A stretch of DNA of 54,233 bases, counting the filler, from Catajapyx aquilonaris (lineage: Eukaryota): the NCBI GenBank assembly GCA_000934665.2. It is 3 parts of 3 records of this genome, joined end to end, with 100 filler letters (N's around TTAATTAATTAA, not from the genome) between each part and the next. Parts side by side here need not be neighbours in the genome. Positions count along the whole stretch, not along the records: positions 36,210 to 54,233 come from JYFJ02006810.1; 2 more parts are not named here. The stretch is one strand, 5' to 3'. This document shows, in pieces, positions 36,210 through 50,627 of the stretch (positions are counted from its first letter, which is position 1; the number at the start of each line of letters is the position of its first letter). The position numbers and the translations under genes are program-made. Below the pieces are notes generated by a model that made no database searches, was not told the origin of the DNA, and was given only the letters and a program-made list of their open reading frames with translations.

Positions 36210-39200
36210 CCCCCCCCCCCCCCCCCCCAATCCGTTTTGATACAGAGCTCATACATCCGGGTTTTCGGACTCAACATCCGGGGATAGCGGACCAGCTGAC
36301 CGCATGGCCTTCCCTGTATGGCTAGGTAGGAAGTTGCGGGGGGCTGCTTTAGGATCACGCTATATAGTTTCGGACAGCGTCTTATATATTTTTATAATAA
36401 TCCACAACAAAAGCTGATCTTTGATCTTTGCCGTTAACACCTGATGGCGGCCTGCGCGCCACCACCACCTCCGACATAGAGAACACCTGACGTAACAGCA
36501 TATATAATAACCAATAGTAGGTGTACTCCTTCCTATACGCCATCAGATTATGCCAAATTATCTTTTGGGTATTTTACTGTACTCTATACCTGTTGGAAGT
36601 TAATTACACAGTGTACGGGTGAGAGTGTCGCAACTGCAAATTATTGTAGTATTTATAGGTATAAGTTGCAATTATAGGAAGGAAAAGGGGTTCCCCATGC
36701 TCTCCTGCTGTCAATCATGGCCCCCATAATCTGCGGCGGAACCTTTGATTTCTTTTGTTCCCGCATGCCGCCTGCGCTGAACAAGCGCCAACACCGCACC
36801 GGCTGCGGTCCAGCGCTTTAGGACTCAGGAAATACGCTGCGCCTAGCCAACGTCGTGTGTAAAGTCTCGCCGAACATACGTTGCGCTACAAACACGTTGG
36901 TCTGTAAAAGGCTCCTTTGCATGAGGCCAATACTAACAAAATGTAAGCACGGCCCGCCAATCAGAGCAGAGATCGGTCAGCCGCGTGTCACCTGCTGCGT
37001 GCTGCGGTCAGCCGAAATCCGCGCTGATTGGCGGATCTCGCTGAATTTTGCTGGCAATGGGCTCGTCTCGTCTAAAGGGAGTGTAACGTCTGCTGTTAGG
37101 TTGCGTCTACAACGTAACACTTTTGATCTCATACCATGTCTCATGGCCCTGTGGTTTTTATTTGACATTGTTTTATTTTTAAAGAAATATTTTACTTTAA
37201 CACATCCATATTATGACTAGACCTAAACATCAAGATTAATTAGAATAGGCTACAAAACTTAGTTTTTCCTTTGACAACATACTGTTACTTGATGCTATTA
37301 TGAGGATTTAACAAGTTTCTCTGAGCTTCCCCACAGCATAAACATAAATCTGGTAAGGTATTATCCTGTACTATACTATAATACATCGAATCATGCACCC
37401 TCACATGTGTGCACTCGTCAGATATGTAGGCAATGCGCCACTGTAGGTGTGCCCTTACCTGGAAGGCGCCATTAAACGATTCCGCTGCAAATTATAACTC
37501 GTACCAAGTTTGCACGCAACGCATTCTGACCGTGTTGTGTCCCACACACACACGAGCACACACACACACGCATACCCAATTCAGCGTGAACAAACTAGAA
37601 ATTTTTCGCGGGTGCTGCTGCCGATGAGAGGGGCGGTTTGGTGGTTGCAGTGTGGTACAGGGAGAGGCAGGGGATAATTGCATTTTCATTGGTACTCCCA
37701 AATGCTCTGTGATGCATTCAGAGGCTAAGCAGAAAGAGGGGAATGATATATTCATCGTTCATTGACCTAAAAGCGTCATTTGTTTCATGAGCAGGTAGAT
37801 AGAGTTGGGATGAAAAATTAAAAATGAGATAAATTGGGTGGAAATTGCAAAGTATGCTCCAAAATGATGGCAATTCAGGTGGGACTAAAAATGAAATCTG
37901 GATCATAAGAGTGGGTCAGGATGTGATGTCTATTGGATCCGTAATTCCTCAAACTACACGTCATCGATTTATTGGACAGAAAGAGTCCAATAATAGGGTT
38001 ATTGGAAGAGAAAAATATCATGACTGGGTTTAATGTTTGCACATGATATCAACCAGCTTAGAAAAAGAACAGAAGTAGCTAAACATTATAGGGGAAGACA
38101 TTATATGGGCCTACATTAATGGACAATTACAAGGGCTCTACTGGAATGGGGAAAAACTCCACTAATGATGTTCAGAAAAGGAAACGGAAGACAGTGAAGA
38201 GACAAATAAGTTTTGTTTCAAGGCGGAAAAGAATTCACGTATCAGGAATTGCAAGTACTTTAGGTGCTGCTTCGGAAAGCCGGAAGGTTCAGGGGGTCTA
38301 ATAAGAAATCAATGTCTGGAAGTGTACCGAGGGCTGGTCAGAGAGAAAAGAATTTACAGGAGAAAAAGAATTGAAGCTGGAGGGAAACAAAGGCACAGTA
38401 GGGCCTACAGATTTTCACAAAAAGGATAACGCTGACATTGTTAATGCAAGAAACGTAAAGTATGGAGATGGAAAATGAGGGAACTAATTGAAGAAGTGCC
38501 ATGTGCTTTTGTATAAAATTTATAGAAAAAAGTCTATACATAATTACCTTACACAAGTAAGTCTTAAGAAAAGCAGAAACTTCAAAAATTAAAATTAAGC
38601 AAATTGAAAATTCTCGCGGATCATTTCTGTCTGCTTACCTTCAAGTGTCATAGAATATTATGCACTGAATATCGTAGCAATAGTAGCAACAGTGGTTCCA
38701 TTTTATTAATATTAATAATAGCTATATGTAGTTACATATGTAGGATCTACGAGATTCAAAGAACATGTATACATATTCCTGGCAGTCATAGCATGAACAA
38801 AAGAATGATGCTGCAGCTGGAAGAACATTTTCTTCAGCGCACTCAAGCGACCCAAATGGCCTCGTTGACGGACGCAGTCGGCCATTAAAAACTCTCTCAT
38901 TGCAATATCCCCATCGTCAACAAAAAAATACTGTCAGTGTGGAGTGGGTTTAAAAAATGCTCCAAGAGGTTCTTTGCACTGTGTGACGCAAATTTCCAAA
39001 CTGTTCCTTTCAGGAAAATCGTCTTGCTGGCCTCTTTTTTCCGCACTCGCACCCTAGCGTGACGTGGCAGGAAGCGGAAGGAATCCTCCGCTGCCGCCTT
39101 CAAATGGTGAGTACCCTTTCAGAGTTATCGCTAAACTTCTCCTGTGGCAAAACGATAAAAATATATTTGCTGTGTATAGTGTATGGTTTTTTTCGTACGA

Positions 39201-41251
39201 AAAGCTGCTTATTTTAAACAATGCGATTATACACTCTATGACACTATTCCTGGATTGTTTTGATAACTCAGCATGCATGCATTTGCTAAAGAGTAACGTC
39301 AACAGCGGCAGGCTGTTACTAAATGTGATATGACAAGCGGATAGGTCCGAATTGTGCACCTAATTTTCCTTCCAATCCTGATTTTATACAAGACTGCTTG
39401 ACTTTATTGCAAGCCACTAAGCGTCAATCCTCATTATGACGTCATGTCATGTTGCACTAAATGTATGTGCACGCTATTGCAACAGCACATGATCTTGATC
39501 ATAACATGCTACCAATTAGCACGTAGAAGCGTGATGATAAGGTATACTAACTTACCAGACAGACACTAGTGTGATCTATATAAGGTGGTTAAATCATTAG
39601 GATGGAAAATGTGTTTAATTGCTTAGAGAGCTTACAAATGCAAAAGAATTTTGTGGCCGTGATAGAGCTTAGGAAAATACCTCTCGTCTGTACGAGATTA
39701 TGTCTGCTTCACATAAAGTCCCAATGGTATCTGCGAGTGCTTTGCAGCCGAGGATACACAACTTCCGGAAGATCTGCATCTCATTACATTTTTTTTCCTG
39801 GGGTGCAGTACAGTACAGTCTATTTCTCTATTGTGTTGCATATGGCTTAATGCAATTTTTTCCATCTCCATAATTCACGCCTTTCTTTAAACATACACAG
39901 GTCCGGTACTAACCGGAAGGTTCTAAATCGATCGACCTTTTTTACCCTTCAACCATGATTACTACAAGATGCATTTTGAATGGGAACGACAATCTCTCGT
40001 TATTAGCTACCAGTTTGCTTTGACCGCATTATTTCACTGAAGGATGGATGGAGCCCAGAGAAACATCGATAATCCGGAGACAAATATCATTATTTCCACC
40101 ACGAAAATCGGGGAGGGTCTTCATAATCCGGGCACCATTTTTGTCCAACTCTGTTTCATTCCGGGTGATTTCAGTTCCCTTGCATTGAGACCAGGCCATA
40201 ACTCATTGACTATCTGACGTCAGTGAATCCGAATTCCGACAGTGGAGTAAAAAATCGCCCTCTGTACGGGAAAGCTGTAATTCACCGGCCCGGCAGGAAA
40301 GAAAACTCAAGGGGGAGGTGGCGGGGGGCTATTTGAACTCGTTTTATGGTCTACTTGGGAGTTGTCAGATGATTATATGGAAGGGCTACTCTTTATATTC
40401 CCCCGCAGCCTCACCCCACCTCACACACTCCGAACCCTAGCGACAAGTTCAGCTACTTTCTTGAGGGGGGGGGGGGCTATATAGGAGGGGGGGGGAGGAC
40501 CAGTAATTAAATAGCCTTGACGGAACTGAAATAAGATTGATCGGGACGTCTTTGTCAGATTGTGCCCCCCCCCCCTTCCCCCTGGCCGACTCTCACTTGA
40601 TGAACACGGCACTTAACCTACTTTTCATGCCGGGGCAATCGGTCTCTATATATACAGTGCTTGAGAAGTGGGGGAGTTTGTCGGGAGGGTGTGAGAGAGT
40701 TTGTATAAAACCCTAGGTGGGATAGAGCGCAGTTGACTTTCTGCCTTGGGGGGATGGAGTTTTGGAGGGGGGTATATAGGGGAGGGCTGAAGGGGGATGG
40801 ATCCAATATGCTGCTCGCTTTGCAGCTTAGGCTATTCAAAACCAAGCTCATTTATCTTAACCTGATGATAAGGTGGGTCTAGCATGTGTTGAGAGCAAAA
40901 AGGGAAATTGCCAGTTGGAATCGAGTTTAAAGCATGAGTTCGAATCATTTTTGGAGGCTGTGGGTGAGGCCTCGGAGCAAAAGGGCACAAATGCGAATAA
41001 TTTAACAATGCAATAGTGCCTATATAGAAATATGGGCGAATTTAAAACAATTATCTCTGCTTGAGTACATACAATAAATCTGTCAAGATGGACACATTAA
41101 TAAGTTGTCGACCTCCCTATGTTGGACATTTTCTTTGGAACCGTCAGTGTCCAATGACAGGTTTCCCTGTATAAACAAAAGTAAATTATAAATATTAAAT
41201 CATAGACTACCTGTATTATTTGAATATTTTCAGGTCAATGGTGTTTTTTAA

Positions 41252-41923
41252 GGGGGCACTACAGTCAAAATGAAGGGTTTTGTAAAAAAATCGCCAAAAA
41301 AACCATTATAGACATGAAGTTGGGACTTCATTTTCATGAATGTACATAAGTCAAAGACCTATTAGCGCCTATATTCGAATCACGTTCGGGTGTCGAAGGG
41401 CCGCCAGGGCCGCGTGACGTCACGCCACTGCGGGCACGATTTAGGGTGCTGGGGTCAACCTACAACCAGCATGTAGTTTCGTTTGACCTAGAATTATAAT
41501 TTTTGAAATCATTTAAGTAATTTTTGACGATTTCAGAAAGATAACTGCAAAATTAAGCAGTTTTGAGAAAACATTTATTAAAGTTACAAATAGAAGTAGC
41601 TCGAGCAGGCTAATTCTTTTAGGCCGAACGATAGCGCCATGTTTGAGGATAAATCTGGTGAAGTGGGAAGTCCGTAGCTAAATTTTTGTGGCCTGGGCGA
41701 TGCCCGCCGTGTCCAAATCCGGCAAACTGAGAAAAACGCGTTTAAAGTTAAAAGATTCCAAGGGTCGTTGCCGGGCAATGTTGCCAGGCGTCGGCTCCCG
41801 ACGCGCCAATTTTTTGAATTTCGGGACGCGGTTTGCCGCGTTCGACGCAGGAAAAGACGCCTGATTTTTTAATTTTTTATTTTTTTAAATCGAATTTTTG
41901 CAGGTCGATGACTGTAGTGCCCC
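41252..41923. mobile_element. Kolobok-like non-autonomous DNA transposon
   Basis: TTAA|GGGGGCACTACAGTCA...TGACTGTAGTGCCCC|TTAA: TTAA TSD with purine termini (piggyBac would begin with CCY). Confidence 0.75.
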
Positions 41924-44897
41924 TTAAGTTGGAAATTCTGATTATTCTGGTATAGAATTTTAATGACTCTCATGTCTAAACCACGTCCCGTTTTGTTTAG
42001 ACGATACACGTACTTCGTATGATCGTGTGGAGTAGTATATCCGCTAGAATGTAAAAGGCAAAAATATTGATTACGAGCATACTCAAACTGGTCTTCTTTT
42101 CCTTTGTAAATGGATATACCTGCACTGGCCTGTTGTTTATATTCCAACATTTCCTACTGTTATTTTGAAAGTCCACTTAGCATAATTCATGCTCGCGCCA
42201 TAAACGCCAATAAAGTGCCAATGGCTCGCGTACTTGCATCAGTTTTGGCCGACGATAGGTGTTGCGTTTGGTAAACACATGTACTGTGGTTTTCCTGCAT
42301 GTTGTAACGCCACAAAATATGCAAAGTTTCACAAATTCCATGCAGCATTACTATTAACCTGGTATCGCCTCGCTTGTCCTCATGGTAGAGTACTGGGTCA
42401 CGTTACATTTTTTCACCGCCCGTTTTTTTGGATGGAAAAGTCTCTCTGAAAAAAAAAGAAGGCACACAGGTTATCACCCACTTCAATTTGCAGTTTCAGC
42501 AGAATGGAAGTGAAGGGGGGGCCACAGAAGCTCCACGCCCTGATGCAACTTCTCTTTCCTGCGGGGTAATATCCCACACATGTGGTCCTATAACTGTAAC
42601 TCTTTACAAAACCGCTGGGTTGTTCTGCGGTTGCCATTAGTTGTCTCAGCCAATTGGAAGCCGAATGCTTAGGGGGCGTAGAGATGACCGTGCGTTCCTA
42701 AGCGTAAAATTTACACTGGAAACCACCTTCCTCGGTCAAGTTTAGTGCGCGATTTTAGTCACTGTTTTCATTACTGTGGTTTTAGTTTACACCAACTGCT
42801 GAAATCGATATGGCATCCACACAATTGTAGGCGCAGTATGTAGTTGCTAGTTGCACCCCTGCCTTTTTGAATACGTGCAAGCTAGGGGTGATTTTCAGCT
42901 GTTATTTTTCTCAGTAATGACCTATTGCAACAGATGAAGCTCACAAATCTTTCCCAGAGTCATTCGAGTCAACATCAGAGTAGTGTAGTGGCGCCATAAA
43001 TCAATGAGCGGGAAAATTATCACATTTGAATTTACAGCTCATTAAATGATAAATGGGGGAGGCAAGCCCGAGATAATATTCTCCGTCACTGTTCCGGAAA
43101 GATTGCATGCTTCATCGTGCTGTCGTCTTGGACGAGCGGAAACGTCAAGAATGAAACTAGTTCCATTTAGGTATATTGTAAGCTGCTAACACGATTACTT
43201 CAATGGATGGTAAAACGACGGATACGACGAATGTGCAAAACAATCGTAATGCACTTCATCACTTTGACTCGGTCATTTTCATCGCTTTGCGTGATGTCAG
43301 CTCCGGTTTCTTGGAAATGAAGTCTGGATGTGACATGAAAAAAAAACGCAATTTATATAGCCAGGAAATAGTGCGACAGATCTTGCAGTGCCCCGTTACC
43401 AACCCCCCATCAAGCAAGACACCTGGAGCATCTTTTAGCCCCAGCAGCATCTAGTCCATTGATATTTTGACGAGGCAAGATTTCGCAGCGCCCGGAAAAT
43501 TTTATGCACATGCCCCAGCATCATTATCATGCTAATAAAACCATGCAAGGGCGCAAGTGGAATAAATCAGAGATAAGGCTATGCTGTAAGTGGGCCATCA
43601 CGCAGTCCCCGCTCTTGATGATCCATCTCATGAGGGCAAGGGTCATACTCTGCCTGAAGGAGGTGACCTCCTTGCCAAAAAAGTAGGGTGGTGCTCACAG
43701 TTCGATCCCGTCCACCGGCTCTTTCTTGGGCACTGTCACTTCCCCAAAGTGCCACTTAATGCATATAATGTCATTCGACAAGATGCTATTATGTAGCGGA
43801 GTGCAAAGCGCTGTACCACGCTTCTTGTAACACTCTTTGGCATTTACGTTGCTAAACTGGGTCCTCCTTTCTGAGGAGCGGGAAGGCTACGGGAAGAATA
43901 TGGTTTTGCCTTGAGAATTTAATCAGCGAGGAATACGGGTGACACAGATCTGAAAAGGAGGGCAAGAATGAGCGGAAAAAGAAAGGTTGACTGGTGTAAA
44001 TCTGAGAAGCGTGTTCTGAAAGGCGTAAGATGAAATCCCGTTTTGTAAGTCAAATACGGGGCTGATTTGGGGATGGATGAAGTTGGAGGCCTTATTGGAA
44101 GGCGGTGGCCCAAGAAAGGGCCAACGCCGGTTTTCTGTGAGCCCCCTCAGGACTTGTTCCTTTCCCTTTCGTCTCTCGCGGATACAGCGTGGCACTTTGA
44201 ATCAACCAGGCAAGCACTGCAGTTCAGAACTGTGAAACGAGAACAAAATCTTCCGTCACACCTTTGAGATGCCATTGCGTCTGTAAGAATGTCCCGCTCT
44301 AATCCCTACTGCTGAACTTTTGAATGTTAAATCTTGTACGTACTGGTCCAAATTAAATATGCACAGTGGTTATTGATTTTTTTTTTACCACTAAAGTAGT
44401 TTTACAGAAACTTCATTTTATCTGTAACGAAGGTTAGATTTTATAAGTAATATAAGTATAAACAATTGGAGATTATGGGGGAGTGGGGGGGGGGGGGGGG
44501 NGAAACCACACGTATAGCCGGAAAGTAAATCTTTGACAAGTGACATTTTTTCTGTTTTGTGCCTGTAATAAACTTCAGCAAACATAATTATGACGACATA
44601 GTTTCCTTATTCAGTAATTGGGTGATAATTTGTACAATCGCATTGTAATAAGTGTATTGTACTGTTTATGAATGTGCAACTCCCTCTGCCTTAGCACACA
44701 TATTTATCAATCTGGAGGTACTTATCTCAGTTAATTTAGTGTCAAGGTACCGACCCTTAGCACAGCTATAATTTATGCTAGGCGAGTCCCCACCCTCTGC
44801 CACACAGGATCCTATCATGGATAGCAAACTAGAGTTGGACAGTGAAACTACAAAGGCAGATAATGAGATCTGTCCAGGAACATAGTGACAAGGACTG

Positions 44898-45264
44898 GGG
44901 GAGGTGTGGTCGCCGTGATGGTAACGTCTCGGCTTGCTGAGTGAAAGGCCCCAGGTTCGATCCCCGCCTGGGGAACTTTCCTTTCACCTGCGTCAGGAGG
45001 GTCTCTGACCTGCACCAAGGAGGTGTCTGGCAACCTAACCTCCTGGGGAACAGCACATGACCCATTAGCTGCGACATTGCACCTTGCACCTATGTTCCCT
45101 CCCCAAAAATCCCTATCCTTTCCCATTGTCCTTGTTTCCCTGCACCGGTGAATGAAGTGGAAAAAATATATAGAAAAACTGATGGTGGTATGCCACCCCC
45201 CGAAGCAGGACGTAATGTACTGAGCAAGGGGTAGTGAAATAAAAATAAATAAATAAATAAATAA
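44898..45264 (+). mobile_element. tRNA-derived SINE with (AAAT)n tail and 16-bp TSD
   Basis: B box GGTTCGATCCC; tail AAATAAATAAAT; perfect TSD ATAGTGACAAGGACTG at 44882-44897 and 45265-45280. Confidence 0.9.
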
Positions 45265-46304
45265 ATAGTGACAAGGACTGATTTCCAGGTTGGGGCTAGG
45301 GGTATTGCATGATATTTTCGTCTTATTCCTTTCTTCCATAACCCTCATTATATATTATTATTATTATCTGTCCAGAGAAGTTAACACTTAACGTATCCTG
45401 CTGGGATTACACAACCAACAGCAATTTTTTCGTGGTTTATTCATTGGTACAGTTCTAATATATTGTTGCATAGCAGCAGAGTAGCCTATCATTTGACGAA
45501 ACTGCTGCAGGTATAAATTGTTCGCAACGTTCGGTGTAAAATAACCGGATAATATTTAGGATAAATGCGATAATTAAATTTTCCTTATCTGGAAATATCC
45601 TTCAATTAGCCTACTTGTAAAATGACTTCATTACTTGTCAGTGTCCTTTGAGTAATTTAGATACATTTCAACATTAAAAAGGTCCTATAGCCTCTACTTT
45701 CCAGTTTGTGTCTCTTTGTATATACGCCTACCCTGAGTATCATTCAGCTTTTGTCCGAGCCTGGAGGGTCTTGGCTTAGGTTTCCTTCTGACATTCTCCA
45801 AATTGAACTTACTGGCTTTGATTTGTTCCAAATTGATCTTGCTCTGCTTTACCTCAACTTATACCAAGAGGGACTTGCTCCAAATTGATGTTACAAACGT
45901 AACATGCTCCCTAATCGTGTTCTTCAGTGGCTTGTTTCTAGTTTCTAATATATTTAAATCAATAATCCTCCTAACGTGGCGAGCATAGGAAACTCAGGTG
46001 CTGCACAGTCCTGCAGAATCTCATAAAGTACGAACCAAAGAGCTTATAATATTTGCATCAAGAGAGGAAAAAAACGGCTTCCAAGCGTCGCCACTTTTTC
46101 AGCCAACGCATTTGGCTGTTGGCTCACTGCGTGTGGAATTTCAATAAAATATGTTTTTTAAATACAAGACGCATATAATTAAGAGTCATAAATATTAAAA
46201 CTGACATATGCGAGGTCGTATGCTGTTAAGACACCAATTTTTGTACTCGAAACTGATATTCGGCGCAGCTGGCCACCAGCCTCCTATCGAGTTTTTTCGG
46301 CGGT

Positions 46305-47453
46305 ATGGCGGGGCATAGCAGGTTGTGCGCCGCCCGCTATACTACTGCTGTTCACGAACTGGAGCTGGGATCACATTTTTTGCGTTCCCAAAGGAGCCAC
46401 CGCTTTTTAAAGACTGGTACCGACTCTCAGGAAGACATGACCTGCTTGTGACCACTGAGGGTGGACCTTCCTACCGAAGCTATAGCCTCTGTGAGCTGCA
46501 CTTCCCCCCCGAAGCAATCACGTTTTCGGGTGGTACCAGGAAACTGCTGAAAGCGAATGCTGTTCCATGTAGTTTCCCCACAACATACAAAGAAAGTAAG
46601 TAGTAATACGTAATATATTTCAATTGGAACTGAAATTTCGTCATGTCAGCAGCTGCGAGTCTGAATATTATCTGAATAACAGATTAAAAATACATTACAA
46701 AATGAGTGCAATATTTAGGGGCTGAAGTGTATATCACTAGCCACTGTAGATTAACTCAGACATGCTTAGAACCCTGAGAAGGGAGTTTCTCACATGTAAA
46801 TACCATTTAGCAACTGGAGTAAGAAAACATTAAGGCTGCAATTGGGAATTATGATGGTTATGGCTGGTCTTGTGCTAATACACAATTATAAACATAATTT
46901 TCAGATGAGACCATGTCAGATGGTAATGAGGTCATGCCAGAAGAAGGACCTGGCACAACCAGGAAGAAATTTCATCCCCAATCAGGCATAGCTTGTGCAA
47001 GTGACTTTGTACGTGTCAACACAGAGCAGTGTATTTCAAAGGAGACCATGCCAAGAGTGCAGATGATGCCTACTCCAGAAACATTAATATGTGCAGGTAA
47101 CCAAATTTCTAGTTCACTTTACTAACACAGTGACATACTGCCTGTAAGCTTCCAGGTGAAAGTACTTGATAGTCCATTATTAAAAGGTCTTTGATGTAGG
47201 CTCTGATAATATCATGTCTACAGAGCATCTACATAAAGTTATATGACCTAATATACATACTGAGAGTTGAGATACTAGTCTTAATGTTAGCTGTACTTCA
47301 TCCATAACTTGATTTTTCTTGCAGTGAAGCGTGTAGCAGGAAATACCCAGTCGAGTGAAGACCAGGATATGCCAGCAAGAAAACGCTTAAGAATTACAGG
47401 GACCATGCCAAACGTGCAGATGATGCTTTCTCCAGTAACACGAACCAGTGCAG
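46305..47453 (+). pseudogene. THAP zinc-finger-domain gene, frameshifted near the N-terminus (probably transposon-derived)
   Basis: THAP hallmarks FFAFP...W...LCELHF...LLKANAVP in 46325-46595. ATG 46305 (MAGHSRLCAARY) supplies the first Cys but in another frame. Phase-1 exons 46905-47096 and 47325-47453 follow; 47042-47270 is duplicated at ~47400-47622. Confidence 0.75.
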
Positions 47454-48559
47454 GTAACCAAAAAACCAGCCCACATTACCTAATTGGCCACATACTGCCT
47501 GTGGTGAAAGTACCGTACTTGATAGTCCATTATGAAAATGTCTTTGATGTAGGCTCTGATAATATTATGTCTACAGAGCATCCACATTAAGTTATATAAC
47601 CTAATATACATACTGAGAGTTGACATATTAAATATGACCAGGATATGCCAGCAAGAAAACGCCTAAGAATTACAGGCACCTGAATGTTTCAATGTGATCC
47701 TACTGTTACATTCTATGGCGATATTTTCACGATAAGTTACACAAACTTCTTTGGAGATAAAAGAGAAACCATGAGCATTAAATAGTGAGGGTGCATGGTG
47801 TAGGCTGTAAACTGTAGAGTGAAGCTGTGAGCCTGAATAACCAGATGATGAGCTGACACCTTCATGTGAGGTGTTGGTATCAAGGGGTTAACCACTTTGG
47901 TACTCCGGTGTACAACTGCAGTGGTACTCCCAGGTACTCCTTAGGTACTGGTACTTTACTCTTTGGTACTCCAGTGTACACTTTACAGGTCATCTTGTGT
48001 AGACCACGTTGTGTGTTCCAAAGAGAATAATATGCATATATAGCCTATGTGTCATATGTCTGATAATACAGGTTGTATAATATGCACCGGTATATGTGTT
48101 GTGCTATATGTTGGTATGTGTGTTGTGTAATAATTATGTCGGTATGTGTGTGCTAATATGTACTGTATCATGCATATGTATGTGAAACATGTAATATAAT
48201 TATGTGACATTTATCCTCTATACACGTGTTTTGTCTTCATTTTTTGAAATCGGTGGGTATAGTATTCCGTATGACTTATTTCCAAGCACTGGGGTTTTTA
48301 TTGCCATATTTTCGGCATTGCCTCAATCTACCGTATTGTACAATACAGTCTCGAGTTTGGCTGTCGACTCCGCCAGATGGCAGGTCAATCGATTGGAGAC
48401 ACCGGTTGCTATGCTACCAGATCGTTTTTTTTTTCTCTCTTGATGCAATTATATAAGCTCTTTGGTCCAGGCTTTGGTCCGGACATAATTAGAAAATGCA
48501 TGAATTTGTGGGTGTATCAGCATGAAAATCGGACCGAGGGGGTTTCCAAAGTCTCTTAG

Positions 48560-48780
48560 CAGGGAGCATATACTACATAAGAGGCGCAAACATTAGATTT
48601 CCGCGTCTCTTTGTTTGGGGCGTTGCCAAGGCTGGCATTGCATGTACCATATTTATACCTCGTTGGCGTTCCCCACACTTCAAAATGGCCGCCAGCCTTG
48701 GCAACGGCCCCAAACAGAGAGACGCGAACATCAAAGGCGCCGACAGAAGTTTGCGCCTCTTATGTAGTATATGCTCCCTG
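48560..48780. mobile_element. 221-bp MITE with 32-bp TIR and 7-bp TSD (P-superfamily-like)
   Basis: CAGGGAGCATATACTACATAAGAGGCGCAAAC at both ends (inverted); flanks CTCTTAG/CTCTGAG. Confidence 0.8.
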
Positions 48781-48814
48781 CTCTGAGTCCGAATTCGATG
48801 CCAAAAATACACAT

Positions 48815-49085
48815 TTCAAAATGGAGGATCCAAGATGGCGACGATTTTTGAACAGTTTTGTCGGAAGTTCTCGAAAATAGGTACCCGGGGGTTTAAGCAG
48901 GTCCTGAACAAGAATATGACATTTAAAAATCAATTCAAAATGGTGGATTCAAAATGCCGACGATTTTTGTACAACATTGTCGGAAGTTCGTGAAAATTGA
49001 TACCCGGGGGAGGGGGTTTCAGCAGGTTCTGAATAAGAATCTGATATAAAAAAATTCAGTTCAAAGTGGGGCATTCAAGATGGAG
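48815..49085. repeat. Degenerate ~120-bp tandem repeat (CAAAATGG..GATCCAAGATGGCG-type units)
   Basis: The unit ACGATTTTTG-ACA...TTGTCGGAAGTTC...TACCCGGGGG...AGCAGGT recurs about twice. Confidence 0.65.
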
Positions 49086-49215
49086 TAACTTTCTTGTTTA
49101 TACACTGAATTCAGAGAAAATAAGTAACTGCAGTCTTTGCGTATGACTGAATTTAGCCTATTGTTGGTTTCATTTTCAAGCATAAATCTTACACATTGTA
49201 CCCTACAGTAGCCTA

Positions 49216-50627
49216 TGCAGGGTGTTTATTGTAACTCTGCAAAGACTTTCAGGGGTAATAGAGGGGACCAAGACAAGTATTTTTGACATAGGAACCCGTG
49301 TCCGGAAACGCCATCTAGAGGGGGTTCATAGACAAGGAACGGGTGCGCTCAGACGCGTCACGCAAGAGGCGCTAGGCGAGCGGACTGTTTTGTTGATAGA
49401 TGGCGCACAGTTGTTGCCAGGTTATGGCGTATCGCGTCGTTGTAAGCAAACAGCAACGCGATACGCCATAACCTGGCAACAACAGAACCGCTGTTGACTA
49501 TCCGCGCGTCTCCTAGGAGGCGGACTTTAGTTGCTAGATGGCTCTGCTGTTGCCACGTTATGGCACATCGCATTGTTGGTTACTATCCGAGCGCCATCTA
49601 TCAACAAAACAGTCCGCTCGCCTAGCGCCTCTTGGCAAAAACGTCTCGAGACAGCCGGAATCCCCACCACAACGCCTGCGCGCCATCGTGCGGGAGGGCC
49701 GGGAAGTGAATAATTTCCTGCCAGACGGCAAACGCAGATCCCACAGGCAGCGCATGCGCCGTTCCGTTCATCGCCGATCCGATCACTCCCTCGGATAACT
49801 GCTACTCCGTAGCAGCTACTGCGATTCCGCTATCCGCTGTCCTGCTATTGTAGTCACATCCGTACGTAGGGCTGTATACGTGAAGATAGGGCTGTATACG
49901 TGAAGATAGGGCTGTATCCGCAACGAGTGAAGGTTAGGTTTGGTTAGGTTGGGTTAGTACATCGTACCCCTACCCCCTGCCCACATGAAGCAGTGAAAAT
50001 TAATATTCCAGCACTGAAAATATCAACACGCTCGCCCCCTCCACGTAATTTGTCATTTAACGGCGGCCTGACCTCTGCGCAGTATAAGAATCCCCATCGG
50101 AATGAGCTATCCCAGCGATGGCTGCTGTAGCGTATTGGTCTGCGCGCTCGACTATATAGATCAGAAAGCTGCAAGTTCGCGTCCCAGTGAGGCTTCTTTT
50201 TCCCCCCTTTTTTTTCGTCGTCTTTTCTTCTGTGTCTTTTTTTTCACTCCGTTCCTCCTTATTTTTATCCAGGAATTTATTTAGTACCGTACAGTACCCT
50301 GCAGGAAGTATTGTCAGTCACGCTTCATTTTATGGCGAAAATGCAATGATACCGAGTCGCAGAATAGCGCAATTGCTGTAGCGGCTGCTGAGTAGCAGCT
50401 ACACAGGGCTGAGCTTCCCGCACGATGGCGCGCAGGCGAGGTGGTGGGGGTCCTGGCTGTCTCGAGACTTTTGTCTCTTGCCTGACGCGTCTGAGCGTAC
50501 CCGTTCCTTGTCTATGAACCCCCTCTAGATGGCGTTTCCGGACACGGGTTCCTATGTCAAAAATACTTGTCTTGGTCCCCTCTATTACCCCTGAAAGTCT
50601 TTGCAGAGTTACAATAAACACCCTGCA
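49216..50627. mobile_element. Tc1/mariner-like MITE with long TIRs
   Basis: TA|TGCAGGGTGTTTATTGTAACTCTGCAAAG...CACCCTGCA|TA, with ~150-bp near-identical inverted arms. Confidence 0.85.
49363..49634. mobile_element. Palindromic MITE nested in the left arm of the 49216-50627 element
   Basis: CAAGAGGCGCTAGGCGAGCGGACTGTTTTGTTGATAGATGGCGC is inverted at the other end and absent from the right arm of the host element. Confidence 0.75.
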
